From NCBI GenBank assembly GCA_965248265.1, contig CBDFJF010000002.1, forward strand, positions 2,208,001 to 2,272,000: a stretch of 64,000 nt of DNA, written 5' to 3'. Of the stretch, positions 48,765 through 58,799 are shown in pieces. The DNA comes from Candidatus Latescibacterota bacterium (GTDB lineage: Bacteria; Latescibacterota; UBA2968; UBA8231). Positions within the stretch are counted from its first letter, which is position 1. Each line of letters opens with the position of its first letter. The notes below the pieces were generated by a model. That model searched no databases and had not been told where the DNA came from. It was given only the letters and a program-made list of their open reading frames with translations. Both the position numbers and the translations under genes were made by a program.

Positions 48765-50975
48765 GTGCGCGCCATCAACCAAAAGAAACTCACCTCCTGC
48801 CTCATCAGCCTGCTGTTACTGGCCTTCTACACCTGCGGGCATGACAGCAAGCGGGACAATCCGCTCGATCCGGCGCTGACGCCAGCGGTCCAGCTCGAAG
48901 TGAGTGTCGAAGACAGCACCGGTGTTGCCGTCCTGACGTGGACGCCGTTCGCGGGGGAGGCCGCCTTCGCCGAATACCGGATCGTCCGCAACATCGCGGA
49001 CCGTACCACCGTCGACACGCTGGCGGTGCTGCCATCGCTTGCACAGACCTCCTACGTTGATTCGTCGCTCGTACCCGAAACCTCGTACTCGTACCGCGTC
49101 CTGTCAGTCAATACAATCGGCCTCGAGGTCGCATCGGAAGCGCACATCGTCCGCCTGGGCACGCCGTCTGGTGTCCAGATCGAGCTTCTGGGGCTCGACT
49201 CGCGCACAGCTTCGGCGTCCCTGTCATGGTCGCAGTACACGGGACGCGATTTTTCCGCCTACCAGCTGCTGCGCACGGCGGGATCCCAGCCGCAGGTCGT
49301 GGCTGAGGTTGCGAGTCGATTGGACACGACGTTCGTCGACACCGGGTTGAACGGGAACATCGAGTACTCGTATCAGGTCGCCGTGCTCACCGACCGGGAT
49401 GAGAGCATCTCCAGCAACACCGTTACGGGCGTTTTCCATCAACTGGTGGACAGCTGGCCCGTCGATGTCGCAGACGGCGGCTACGTGCGACTCTACAGAG
49501 AAGACGGCAACGTGGTCGCTCTGGTATCGGAACGGCAACGCATCCGCCGAATGACTTTCGATTCGAATGGCGCCGTGCTGAAGGAACAGGTGCTGCTGCA
49601 GAATCGCTGGCTGGACGTCACGCCATTCACGGTCGGTCTCTCCACGACAGCCGACGGGACCCGCTACCTGGGTTTCCTCAGGAAAACGCAGTCTGAATCG
49701 GGGGCGGATGAACAGACGGCCATGCTCCTGGCTTTCGACGAACAGGGTGCGCCCTCATACCGGGCAGAGACCACGACAATGCTCGATCTGCAGGATGTAG
49801 CCGAGGAGCTTCCCGACTATGATCCGACGGCGGCGTATCACTTCATCAATCTTAACGAGGGAACGTACGACAACTTGATCATCGACTGGGATGGTGGTGA
49901 ACGGCTGTCGCGTGAGTTCACCTCGGGCAATCTCGATGACTGGACCTCATGGGGGTGTAATCCCGTCACCGCCACTGATGTATATGTCGAAGCGGGAGAG
50001 CTGGTCGTCGAAGTGACTTCGCCCTTTACTTTCATCCGTCTAATGCGGGACGCAGCCGATGTCAGCCACAACCTGGTGCTGGAAACTGATTTCGCAATTG
50101 CTGCACGTGAACTCTTTGCCGTGCTTCTGGTACACCGCTCTAACCCCTGTTTTATTGATGATGATGGTGTGTTTGATCTCACAGGCCAGGCCATATACGT
50201 GCAACTGGCGTTTGGTTTCCAGAGGATGTTTGGCGTCACCTGGGCGGAGGGTTCTGAAACCCAGACAACAGTGGCTCAGCCGCACCGGGTGGTGCCGGGT
50301 CTGCCCTACAGGCTTCGTATGGAAGTGGACGAAGAGAGAGCGCAAGCGACAGTACTGTCCCCGCTGGTCTGGTCTGAGTCGGTGGAGAGTGATCTTCCGC
50401 TCGGCGTTACTGGCCTCGCCGGTTTGGAGGACTATCTGGTGTTCGCGACAACAGGAAGGACGTATGGGACGTACGGCAACTTCGGCACCAGTTTCACCTT
50501 GCCGCTCGAAGCGAGTGCGAGTGAAGTGCGGATCTGGGAAACGGCCGACGGGCAACGGCTTGGGGTGTGTCTGCCCGAGCGACATGAGATTCGGATTGGT
50601 GACACAGAGGTGACTACCAGCATTGGTACGAGACTCGACTGGCCCTTCCACAGCTCGGACGACCAGACAAATCTGGTGCTGGGCAGCTCCTCGCTCGGTC
50701 AGGGCGAGGGCGAGTTCTTCCTTCCCACCTCATTCGACGCCAGTGCCGATGGTCGCATCTACGTGCTCGACGCTGGCAACGCGCGCATCCAGTCGTTCAC
50801 CGACGATGGCGCCTACATCAGCCAATGGGGCCAACGCGGCAGCGGTAACGATGAGTTCGATTTCGGTGCCAGCATCGATGTGGCCGAGTTGGCGGGAAGC
50901 CTCATCGTCGGTGAGGATAGCTTCATCTACGTTGCCGACGTGGCAAACAAGCGGATACAGAAGTTCGCACCCTGA
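48765..50975 (+). CDS. Putative lipoprotein with two FN3-like domains and C-terminal NHL repeats
   Basis: LLAFYTC lipobox-like, RDNPLDP; YVDSSLVPETSYSYRV / FVDTGLNGNIEYSYQV; IYVLDAGNARIQSF, IYVADVANKRIQKF. Confidence 0.8.
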   Translation: MRAINQKKLTSCLISLLLLAFYTCGHDSKRDNPLDPALTPAVQLEVSVEDSTGVAVLTWTPFAGEAAFAEYRIVRNIADRTTVDTLAVLPSLAQTSYVDSSLVPETSYSYRVLSVNTIGLEVASEAHIVRLGTPSGVQIELLGLDSRTASASLSWSQYTGRDFSAYQLLRTAGSQPQVVAEVASRLDTTFVDTGLNGNIEYSYQVAVLTDRDESISSNTVTGVFHQLVDSWPVDVADGGYVRLYREDGNVVALVSERQRIRRMTFDSNGAVLKEQVLLQNRWLDVTPFTVGLSTTADGTRYLGFLRKTQSESGADEQTAMLLAFDEQGAPSYRAETTTMLDLQDVAEELPDYDPTAAYHFINLNEGTYDNLIIDWDGGERLSREFTSGNLDDWTSWGCNPVTATDVYVEAGELVVEVTSPFTFIRLMRDAADVSHNLVLETDFAIAARELFAVLLVHRSNPCFIDDDGVFDLTGQAIYVQLAFGFQRMFGVTWAEGSETQTTVAQPHRVVPGLPYRLRMEVDEERAQATVLSPLVWSESVESDLPLGVTGLAGLEDYLVFATTGRTYGTYGNFGTSFTLPLEASASEVRIWETADGQRLGVCLPERHEIRIGDTEVTTSIGTRLDWPFHSSDDQTNLVLGSSSLGQGEGEFFLPTSFDASADGRIYVLDAGNARIQSFTDDGAYISQWGQRGSGNDEFDFGASIDVAELAGSLIVGEDSFIYVADVANKRIQKFAP

Positions 50976-51208
50976 ATGGCGTTCAGCAAAACCAAAGTAC
51001 AGACTCATCGAGGCGTCTCATCGATTCTGCCCACGCAGGCCTCGACCCATCGGTGGATAGCTCGTCGCACGGCTCGTAAGGATCCGCCAGACAGCCGAAC
51101 GGACGGATGAGGAAAATGGGAGTCCTTTTTCTCGTGCACCTGTTTCGGTTTGCTCTTTTCAGTGACGAACTGTACATTACAATATGTAAATTGATTTGAC
51201 AAACTGTC

Positions 51209-52378
51209 ATGATACCGAGACAATCAGCCGGACTGGCCCGGATCCTGGCCAGAGAATTCAAAGTCGTTGCCATTATCGGGCCGAGGCAATCCGGAAAGAC
51301 CACGTTGGCTCAGGCCGTTTTCGGGGATCGGCCTTATGTCAGCCTGGAAGAGCCCGACCAGCGACGTTTCGCCGAAGAGGATCCACGGCGATTTCTGGCA
51401 CTCTACCCGGATGGCGCCATCATCGATGAGGCGCAGCGTTGCCCCGACCTGTTCTCGTATCTTCAGGGCGTCGTCGACAGCCGTGACGGCACCGGACAGT
51501 TCATCCTTACTGGCTCCCAGCATTTCGGACTGCTGGAGCGGATAACCCAGTCGTTGGCGGGACGTGTCGGATTCTTGCGTTTGCTGCCCTTTTCGCTGGG
51601 CGAATTGTCAGGCGGCGGATGGCTGCCTGACAAACTTGACGAGCTTCTTTTCAAGGGGGCTTATCCGCCCGTCTACGATTTGCTCGCTGCGCCCGAGCGT
51701 TGGTACAACGCCTACATCACTTCGTATGTAGAGCGAGATGTGCGCCAATTGCTCAATGTGCGGGACCTGGGCGCGTTCCAGCGGTTCGTCTCTCTCTGTG
51801 CCGGGTACTGCGGGCAGCTGGTTAACGCGTCCCGAATCGGCGCTGACGTTGGGATGACACACAACACGATACGCTCCTGGTTGGATCTGCTGGAGACCAG
51901 CTTCATTCTCTTTCGGCTACATCCGCATCATCGCAATTTCCGCAAGCGCCTGGTGAAGAATCCCAAGCTCTATTTCTATGACACCGGGTTGGCCGCACGT
52001 CTGCTGGGTATCGAATCGCCTGAACAACTGTCTACGCACCCAATGCGGGGCGCTCTTTTCGAAAACTGGGTGGTCGTGGAATTACTGAAGAGCCGGTGCA
52101 ATCGGGGCAAGGCGGACAATCTTTTCTTCTGGCGCAATCACGTAGGGTTGGAGATCGACGTGGTCGCCGAGCACGGACAGCGACTTCTTCCCATCGAGAT
52201 CAAGGCAGGCAGCACGGTAGCCGCCGACTGGTTCCCGGTACTGGCTAAATGGACTGAAATGGCCGGCGATGTCGCCGCACCGCCCTGGTTGGTTTACGGC
52301 GGAGCGCAGCGACAGCAGCGCGCTGATGTAGAGGTCTTGCCCTGGCAACAGATCGAAACTCTTGCCGATATGGTCTGA
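51209..52378 (+). CDS. AAA_14 ATPase with DUF4143 domain
   Basis: GPRQSGKTT, IIDEAQ, ILTGS, YVERDV, PKLYFYDTG, LEIDVV..PIEIK. Confidence 0.92.
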   Translation: MIPRQSAGLARILAREFKVVAIIGPRQSGKTTLAQAVFGDRPYVSLEEPDQRRFAEEDPRRFLALYPDGAIIDEAQRCPDLFSYLQGVVDSRDGTGQFILTGSQHFGLLERITQSLAGRVGFLRLLPFSLGELSGGGWLPDKLDELLFKGAYPPVYDLLAAPERWYNAYITSYVERDVRQLLNVRDLGAFQRFVSLCAGYCGQLVNASRIGADVGMTHNTIRSWLDLLETSFILFRLHPHHRNFRKRLVKNPKLYFYDTGLAARLLGIESPEQLSTHPMRGALFENWVVVELLKSRCNRGKADNLFFWRNHVGLEIDVVAEHGQRLLPIEIKAGSTVAADWFPVLAKWTEMAGDVAAPPWLVYGGAQRQQRADVEVLPWQQIETLADMV

Positions 52379-52675
52379 CTCAATCACCGGATCTTGCATC
52401 GGCACGCGAGTCTGGAGAGAGAATCGAAACGATGGCGGCAGAGAACACGCGGCGTTTAAGGGGCGTTGAGGGCCGTGCTTGTGCGTCACGGGGACATCAG
52501 GGCTTGGCTCAGCGCTCAACTATAATGATTTGACAGCCCTGATCTGGGGCGCTAGTTGTGACTGTCCGTCCACGTCTTCGCGCAGTGGTCATTCGCGACT
52601 CGCGTCCGGCTGGGGGGGCGCGGACGCGTTGAAGCTGACGCCAGGTTCGACGGTCACGGCGAGGAGGCAGCTACG

Positions 52676-54097
52676 ATGCAACCGATCGACATCCAATCCC
52701 GTCTTGAGCTCTTCGTCGACGACGAGCTGATCGAAACGGTGTCGGAGCCGGCATCCCGGCGGCTGCACTCCCCCCAGCCCAGGGAGGTCGCCTTCGTCTT
52801 CGATCAGCCGTGGGAGGGCAACAGCTGCGGGTACGTCACGGTGCTTCACGACGCGAACTTTTACCGTATGTACTACCGCGCGTCACATGCGACCTATCAG
52901 ACGGACGGTTACGTCGACCGGATCGAGTTTGCCTGTACCGCGGAGAGTACGAATGGAATCCACTGGCGGCGGCCCCAGCTCGATCTCCACGAAGCGCTCG
53001 GGCATCGAGGCAGCAACGTCCTCCTGACCCCCAACACCGGTGGCGCGGCCGTGCACAATCTGAGCCCGTTCCTCGACCCCAGGAAGGACACCCCGGATTC
53101 AGAGCGCTACAAGGCTTTGGGGGGAGACAAGGAGAATCTGTGCGCGTTCGCGTCGGGTGATGGCATCCACTGGGATCGAATCGGCGATGGGCCGGTGATC
53201 ACGACGGGTTACTTCGATTCCCAGAACGTGGCCTTCTGGGACGGCGAGCGCGAGGAGTACCGGGCTTACACCCGCGATTTCAACGACGGCCGTGATATCC
53301 GCACCTGCACGTCGAAGGACTTCCGCAAATGGACGGAACCCAAGCTCCTCGAGTACACTCCCGGTCGCGTCAGCGAGCTCTATACCAATCAGATACAACC
53401 CTATCACCGCGCGCCCCACATCCTGCTGGGTTTTCCCACCCGCTACGTCGAGCGGCAGTGGCAGGCGGCCACGGATTACCTCCCCCACCCGGAATACCGG
53501 CGCTTGCGAGGGAGGAAGTCTCAACGCGAGGGCACGGCCGTCACGGACTGCATGTTCATGACGAGCCGCGACCGCCATCGCTTCCATATCTGGGAAGAGT
53601 CTTTCCTGCGCCCTGGGTTATGGCGGCGCGATGGCTGGTTCTACGGGGATGGATACAAGAGCCTCGGACTCATCGAGACGCCTTCACAGCACGACCCGGG
53701 AATCCCCGAACTATCTTTCTTTGTCAGCGAGGGGAGCTTCCAGCCGACGCACGCGCGTCTGCGGCGCTACTCCATCCGCCTCGACGGTTTCGTCTCGGTG
53801 TGGGCGCCGCTGAGGGGTGGTGAAGTGCTCACCCGCCCCCTGCTCTTCAGCGGAAACAAGCTGTTGATCAACTACTCGACCGGCGCTGCGGGTTCGGTCC
53901 GGGTGGAGGTGCAGGATCGGGACGGAGTGCCGATACCCGGCTATACCATTGAGGACGCGGAGGAGATGTTCGGCGACTCACTGGAGCAACCGGTGTTGTG
54001 GCGCCACGGTTTCGACGTGGGATCGCTGCAGGGAAAACCGGTGAAACTGCGATTCATGCTGGCCGACGCCGATCTATACAGCCTGCGCTTCTGTTAG
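52676..54097 (+). CDS. Uncharacterised beta-propeller glycoside hydrolase-like protein
   Basis: RLELFVDD, AESTNGIHW, SGDGIHW, FDSQNVAFWD, IRLDGF, DADLYSLRF; RBS aggagg. Confidence 0.75.
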   Translation: MQPIDIQSRLELFVDDELIETVSEPASRRLHSPQPREVAFVFDQPWEGNSCGYVTVLHDANFYRMYYRASHATYQTDGYVDRIEFACTAESTNGIHWRRPQLDLHEALGHRGSNVLLTPNTGGAAVHNLSPFLDPRKDTPDSERYKALGGDKENLCAFASGDGIHWDRIGDGPVITTGYFDSQNVAFWDGEREEYRAYTRDFNDGRDIRTCTSKDFRKWTEPKLLEYTPGRVSELYTNQIQPYHRAPHILLGFPTRYVERQWQAATDYLPHPEYRRLRGRKSQREGTAVTDCMFMTSRDRHRFHIWEESFLRPGLWRRDGWFYGDGYKSLGLIETPSQHDPGIPELSFFVSEGSFQPTHARLRRYSIRLDGFVSVWAPLRGGEVLTRPLLFSGNKLLINYSTGAAGSVRVEVQDRDGVPIPGYTIEDAEEMFGDSLEQPVLWRHGFDVGSLQGKPVKLRFMLADADLYSLRFC

Positions 54098-54234
54098 GAG
54101 TTGTCGGTCCTGCCCTATCTTCATCTTTGCCGATAGATTCGTGGAGGGCGGGTTCGAGGGAGTCGTGACAATCGAGAGAAATGGCCCTTGATTCCTTGCC
54201 CGCGGCCACCCTGCCTAGGGGTAACTCTTGTTGC

Positions 54235-55116
54235 TCAGGCGTCGAACGCCCGCCAGTCGATGTGTGGATCGGAGGCGCTGAAGGGCCAGCTGGATCCTCC
54301 CATGTGTCGATACCGGTCCGATTTGCCGCAAAGCCACATGAACAGCTCTGAGATTCTGAGGACGGACTGCCATCCCTGCGACGGTCCGGAGAAGTATTCA
54401 TTGCTGTAGGCAAAGTCGGCGGTGGCGAAGTTGAAGTCGTCTTCACGAATCCAGTCGCGTTGCGGGGGCGTCGTGCGCCAGGCTTCCCATTTCAGCAGAT
54501 TGCGCACATCCGCCGACTTCTTGGGGGGTTGCCGGTGCCAGATCGAGTAGGCCGTCAGGAAGACGCTGCCGGCCGGAGCACTCGTCATCACCTGGCCGGC
54601 CAGATTGCCAAAGTGGTCGAGCTGCTCGCGGGCCACCGGCACGAGATGGGAGCCTGGCAAGAACAGCGTCGGGCCTCGTTCGGGGGTGGCTTCCTGAGGG
54701 TAATAGAAGATCTGCAACAGCTTCAGGTGGCGCTCGAACTTCGATCCGGAATCGATGTGCCAGGACTTGGCATCCCTGGGCCCGTCGAGACGGTGGTCGG
54801 CAATCCAGTCCGGCAGTTGGTACTGCTTGCCGAGCAGGGATCGGACGGCGCCTGAGACCCGCGGATGCAGCAGGACTTCCTCGATGAAGCGCTCCTCGCC
54901 TAGCAAGGCGTTCGTGTCCGTCAACTGCGGATCGTGGGCGCATTTGTCCTCGACGTATTCGAAGACCCACTGATTCGTCGAATCGGGAATCACACCCTCC
55001 AGCGCGAGGATGCCTGTCCTGCAGAACTCGAGAACCTCGCTATCTGTCAGTGTGGCCGGCGTCGCATCACCGGCGCGACGTATCTGCGACGTTTCAGGCC
55101 TCAGCAACTGGGTCAT
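54235..55116 (-). CDS. PhyH family dioxygenase
   Basis: LTDSEVLEFCRTG, WHID, GPTLFLPGSH, IWHR. Confidence 0.85.
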   Translation of the reverse strand: MTQLLRPETSQIRRAGDATPATLTDSEVLEFCRTGILALEGVIPDSTNQWVFEYVEDKCAHDPQLTDTNALLGEERFIEEVLLHPRVSGAVRSLLGKQYQLPDWIADHRLDGPRDAKSWHIDSGSKFERHLKLLQIFYYPQEATPERGPTLFLPGSHLVPVAREQLDHFGNLAGQVMTSAPAGSVFLTAYSIWHRQPPKKSADVRNLLKWEAWRTTPPQRDWIREDDFNFATADFAYSNEYFSGPSQGWQSVLRISELFMWLCGKSDRYRHMGGSSWPFSASDPHIDWRAFDA

Positions 55117-55469
55117 GAGACGTTGTACCTCTCCAGGATGAACTCACAAATGACATGGCCGTCTGCAGAATGGGCCGAAGGCAGTTCGGCCGGGAAACGG
55201 ATGACGCGCCAGCCATCAGCGATCGCTGCAACGACGGTCTTGTAGGGCCAGTCTTCGAAGGCCGCCGGACCTTCATCGATCGCGCCGTCGACGAGCATGG
55301 TCATGCCGATGACATCTGACGTTACCGAAGAGCTGCGCGTCTGCAGGTACAGGAGGCTCTGTGTCGAGGTTCGCAGGGCGTCCACGACATCGCGCAATTG
55401 TGATTCGGTGAGCGTCCCATCGAGAAGCTCGGCGATGCACTTTTCTATCAGTCCGATGACGCGCGACAT
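55113..55469 (-). CDS. Small hypothetical protein translationally coupled to the PhyH gene
   Basis: 118 aa, WPYKTVVAAIADGWRVIRFP..EFILER; ATGA overlap with 54235..55116. Confidence 0.65.
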   Translation of the reverse strand: MSRVIGLIEKCIAELLDGTLTESQLRDVVDALRTSTQSLLYLQTRSSSVTSDVIGMTMLVDGAIDEGPAAFEDWPYKTVVAAIADGWRVIRFPAELPSAHSADGHVICEFILERYNVS

Positions 55470-55771
55470 AGGCGGGATTCTGTGAGTCGAGGATTGCGGC
55501 GAGTTGCTGGGACAGATTAGCAGGAATTCACACTGAGTGTCAAGAAGTCCGCGTGCCATCGGGCCCGAAGGCGACGTCTATTGGATGCTAGTGGACAGGG
55601 CTTGTGGCCACCGCCGAACGGCGTGGTGCGGTCCGGCAGACCTTTTCTTTCTCAACAACACCAAATAACCGATGCTGACTCCCGATTGAATAGTGGTTGG
55701 GCGGTAGAAACGACATCGACGTTGTCGGCATTTTCCGTCTCACAGGAACACGACAAAGAAGGGATCGACAG

Positions 55772-55812
55772 ATGAGCTCAGAGATCAGGGACGAGAGGTA
55801 CCGGCAGGTACG
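55772..55812 (+). pseudogene. Gene start (MSSEIRDERYRQV) cut by a repeat end
   Basis: RBS-like gaaggga then ATG at 55772; the frame runs into the oriIS-like end. Confidence 0.35.
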
Positions 55813-55922
55813 GAACGATAAGGGCCTAAAGAGATAGGTAGTCAAGATCTACTCGGAGCCTGGTGTCGAATGAAAATCTGAACTTTTTGATGGACGGGAT
55901 GGTTACCTTGGGCTTACGGGGG
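55808..55922 (-). mobile_element. IS91/ISCR-like oriIS end relic, copy 6
   Basis: gaacgataagggcc..aggtagtcaagatc..tggtgtcgaatgaaaatctgaactttttgatggacgggatgg, highly similar to the reverse complement of 19620..19734. Confidence 0.75.
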
Positions 55923-56072
55923 CTTGTTCAGGCGTGAATTCAGGCCCCGACTTGGTTTCGATGGCACTGTTACAGACCCGCAAGGTCGGTTCAGGCGCAT
56001 CGATGGTGACCATCCGTCTGCCGCGCAAGGCCCAGATGCCCGAGGAGGGGAAGGCGGCGGGCAGCTGAGGGA

Positions 56073-57497
56073 TCACTGAAGCAGCAGCAGCTTCCGCGTC
56101 GCCTCCCATCCGTCCACCCGCAGCCGGTACAGATACAGCCCCGATCCCAGCGCCCGTCCACCGGCATCACGGCCGTCCCAACGGACGGCGTGACGCCCCG
56201 CCGGCAACTCACCCCTCACCAGCGTCGCCACCTGCTGCCCCGCTGCGTTGTAGACGGACAGCTCAGCCGACGCCCGCTTGCCGATAGTGAAACGGATCGC
56301 CGTGCCGCTGTTGAACGGATTGGGAAAGCTCTGCTGCAGCTCGTTGTCCCGCGGTAACGTCGGTGCCGGCCCCTCCGCTACGGCTGTGACGTACTGCCTC
56401 GGGTCGTGCGCGGTCAGCATGGCGTCGCGGTAGGCATCGGGCAGGATTACCGTGTCAGACCGCACGTCCCAGAGACTGGTATGGTGCGAGTAGATCCAGA
56501 CGTACTCGTCCGCGTGCTCGAGAGCGGCACCTAGTGCCGTCGTCAGCTCCTCGGGCGAGTAGTAGTTGGCGGAGAAATCATCTGTCGAAAACCCGTGCGA
56601 GCCGATGAAGATGGGGAAGCCGATCTGGGCGTGACGGTCCCATTTGTCCGGCACCCGGCTGTACTGGCGCATATCCCTGAACCGACCCGCTGCTCTCTCG
56701 AACTGCCACAGTCTCTTGTATTCGTACGAGCGCCCCGAGCCGTCGATGATGGCGGCGTCGCCGGTACATTCCGACAGCAGGCCGTCGAAGAAGGCGCGGA
56801 TCATCTCGTAGTGTCGGTCTGCCTGTCGCCCCCCGGTGAGAAGCAACGGCTGCGTCGGTCCGTGCACGGAGAGGATGTGGATGTCCGGATAGACCGTGTT
56901 GACGGCGCGCATGATCTGCGCTCCACGCTCGAAGACGATGTCGTAGTACTCCTCCGCCGTCGTCGTGTCCTTGTACTTGAGATCCTCGTAGCTCCACAGA
57001 TCGCGCCCATAGTAGATCTCGTCGTCGAAGAGGAAACCGCGCATGCCCGCCGCCTTGCAGTACTCGGCCGCGACCTTCCAGTTGTTGATGACGGCGTCGA
57101 ACCCGGGATCTAGCCAGTCCGGCACCTCGAGGCCGTGGACCCCGGATGCCAGATAGACGAGGAGGAAATTGTGTCTGTAGAGATTCGTGCGGGCCCGGCG
57201 CATGTGATCGATGCCGGTGTCGAAGTCCTCGAGGCGGTGGAAGTCTACGCGGAACAGGCGGCCCAGGGCCTCGGTGGCCACGCCGCCCTTGTCGGTGGCC
57301 GGGTAGATGGTCACGCCATCGACGACGGGCATCCGGCGCTCCAGCTCCTGAACATCGTCGTGGAAGCGGCGGGCATTGGGGGTGCCGCTGAACGAGATGA
57401 CCTTCTTCGTTACCTCTGACTGAGCCAGGACGGATGTGACGAAAGGCAGAGTCACAGCGGCACAGATGAGGACGAGAACTCCGCGAATCCTTGCCAT
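56073..57497 (-). CDS. Secreted TIM-barrel hydrolase-like protein with FlgD-Ig / T9SS type A-like C-terminal domain
   Basis: Signal peptide; GFLFDDEIY, YVWIYS; VTAV..QSFPNPFN..VYNAAGQQVATL..WDGRD..SGLYLYRL..KLLLLQ. Confidence 0.85.
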   Translation of the reverse strand: MARIRGVLVLICAAVTLPFVTSVLAQSEVTKKVISFSGTPNARRFHDDVQELERRMPVVDGVTIYPATDKGGVATEALGRLFRVDFHRLEDFDTGIDHMRRARTNLYRHNFLLVYLASGVHGLEVPDWLDPGFDAVINNWKVAAEYCKAAGMRGFLFDDEIYYGRDLWSYEDLKYKDTTTAEEYYDIVFERGAQIMRAVNTVYPDIHILSVHGPTQPLLLTGGRQADRHYEMIRAFFDGLLSECTGDAAIIDGSGRSYEYKRLWQFERAAGRFRDMRQYSRVPDKWDRHAQIGFPIFIGSHGFSTDDFSANYYSPEELTTALGAALEHADEYVWIYSHHTSLWDVRSDTVILPDAYRDAMLTAHDPRQYVTAVAEGPAPTLPRDNELQQSFPNPFNSGTAIRFTIGKRASAELSVYNAAGQQVATLVRGELPAGRHAVRWDGRDAGGRALGSGLYLYRLRVDGWEATRKLLLLQ

Positions 57498-57506
57498 CGC
57501 ACGCTC

Positions 57507-57795
57507 CTACAGTATGGACGCTGAAAACGGCCGCGGCCCCCACTTCCTGCTCTATCGCCAGAGCCAGGTCATCGGAGACCGGCTGGTCCACCTTCATGAT
57601 GACGAGTGACTGCCAGGTCTGTACGTCGAGGGTGTTGCGCATCTCCTCGATGTTGACGCCGGCCTCACCCAGTTTGACGCCCAGGGCGCCGATGACGCCG
57701 GGGCGATCCTCGTACATGCACAGCAGCACATTGCCCGAGGGCTCGAAGTAGAGCCGGTCGAACTGGTTGATCCGCGACACGCACGATCGTGCCCA
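57507..57795 (-). pseudogene. serA: D-3-phosphoglycerate dehydrogenase C-terminal ACT-domain fragment
   Basis: RINQFDRLYFEPSGNVLLCMYEDRPGVIGALGVKLGEAGVNIEEMR; the 5' part is replaced by a repeat end. Confidence 0.65.
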
Positions 57796-57796
57796 A

Positions 57797-57877
57797 GGAT
57801 ATGAACGATAAGGGGCCCGTTAATAGGTAGTCAAGATCTACTCGGGGCCTGGGTCGAATGAAAATCTGAACTTTTTG
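57797..57877 (-). mobile_element. IS91/ISCR-like oriIS end relic, copy 7
   Basis: ggatatgaacgataaggggcccgttaataggtagtcaagatctactcggggcctgggtcgaatgaaaatctgaactttttg, near-identical to copy 6. Confidence 0.78.
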
Positions 57878-57891
57878 CTGCACCGGCGAGA

Positions 57892-57926
57892 GAGACGGGG
57901 ACCTAACGGGCCGTTTCGACGCAACG
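57892..57926. repeat. 35-bp dispersed repeat (second copy at 63120..63154)
   Basis: gagacggggacctaacgggccgtttcgacgcaacg vs gagacggggacctaacgggccgttttcacgcaacg. Confidence 0.85.
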
Positions 57927-57984
57927 CGATGGAATCAACATCCAGGTTGGCGGCGACGCCATCAGGTTCAGTTCGAGAAGATCT

Positions 57985-58254
57985 CTGTTCGAGTCCGTCG
58001 ACGCCGTACAGAATGTCCACAAATTAGTCCGCCCTGGAGTGGACTGCGTCTCTTTCGGGCCAACCGATCTAGCCCTCAGTCTAGACTCACATCCGAATCA
58101 TGGTTTGAAATCGGTCGAAGACTGCGTGGCGTACGCCGTCAAGTCACTCGAAGGCACCGGCGTCGGGGTCTGTTTCCGCACCTATTCACCCGATGTCAGG
58201 CAGCAGTACTGGGACCTCGGAGTCCAGGTAGTGCTCGAGCAGCCGAAGGTCTGA
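57985..58254 (+). pseudogene. HpcH/HpaI aldolase-like C-terminal fragment
   Basis: FESVDAVQNVHKLVRPGVDCVSFGPTDLALSL. Confidence 0.65.
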
Positions 58255-58622
58255 TCGGGGAAGTGGCTGTGGGAAGTCAAGGACGCTGACCGATCACCGA
58301 TCCCAGATCATTTCATATCCGCTAGAGCACAGATGGTCATGGCGCAGTCGGAGCTATAGGACAGACGCATTGGCGATGGCGCGTTGCGATGGTCACCCGG
58401 TCGGGGGCTCCATAGACCATCCCCTTCCTGATATCCGAGCAGGACGTCTCCGAGGGCACGGGCGCGCTCGACAAGTCGAGGATCACCGGTCTCGGCGTGC
58501 AGGTTCAGCATGGACCAGCCGAATTTCGTAGCGCGATGGCATACACCCGGTTTCCAGCGGCAAGTCAAAGCCGAATTCGCCGTCGTCGTCGATGAGATGC
58601 CCATTCACGTACCGCGCAACGC
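58099..58622. repeat. Direct repeat copy A of 60348..61330, lacking an internal segment of about 490 bp
   Basis: 58099..58254 = 60348..60503; 58291..58535 = 60508..60752; 58536..58622 = 61243..61330; few substitutions. Confidence 0.92.
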
Positions 58623-58789
58623 AGGAAGGTTGGAACTTCGAGGACATGAAAGGCCCCTTCAGCGGCGACAGCACAGCCGCCGCCCTGCGCTGGGACGGCA
58701 AGGGTTTCGATCAGCTGAAGGGGCAGGCGGTGCGGCTGCACTTCTGGCTGCAGGATGCCGAGCTCTACTCGTGGGGCTTCCAGCGCTGA
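58623..58789 (+). pseudogene. C-terminal fragment of a beta-propeller hydrolase-like gene
   Basis: EGWNFEDMKGPFSGDSTAAALRW..LKGQAVRLHFWLQDAELYS matches the tails of the 16864/29486/52676 proteins. Confidence 0.7.
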
Positions 58790-58799
58790 GATCGTACCC

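Noticed and set aside
51209-52378. AAA_14/DUF4143 ATPase as a defence system
   Set aside because: Common stand-alone family with no partner defence genes nearby.
55985-56068. Histidine kinase C-terminal fragment (GSGASMVTIRLP)
   Set aside because: Too short to support.
57892-57926. Integron attC/attI site (ACCTAAC / GTTAGGT core)
   Set aside because: No complementary GTTRRRY half forming an attC hairpin, no cassette array and no integrase.
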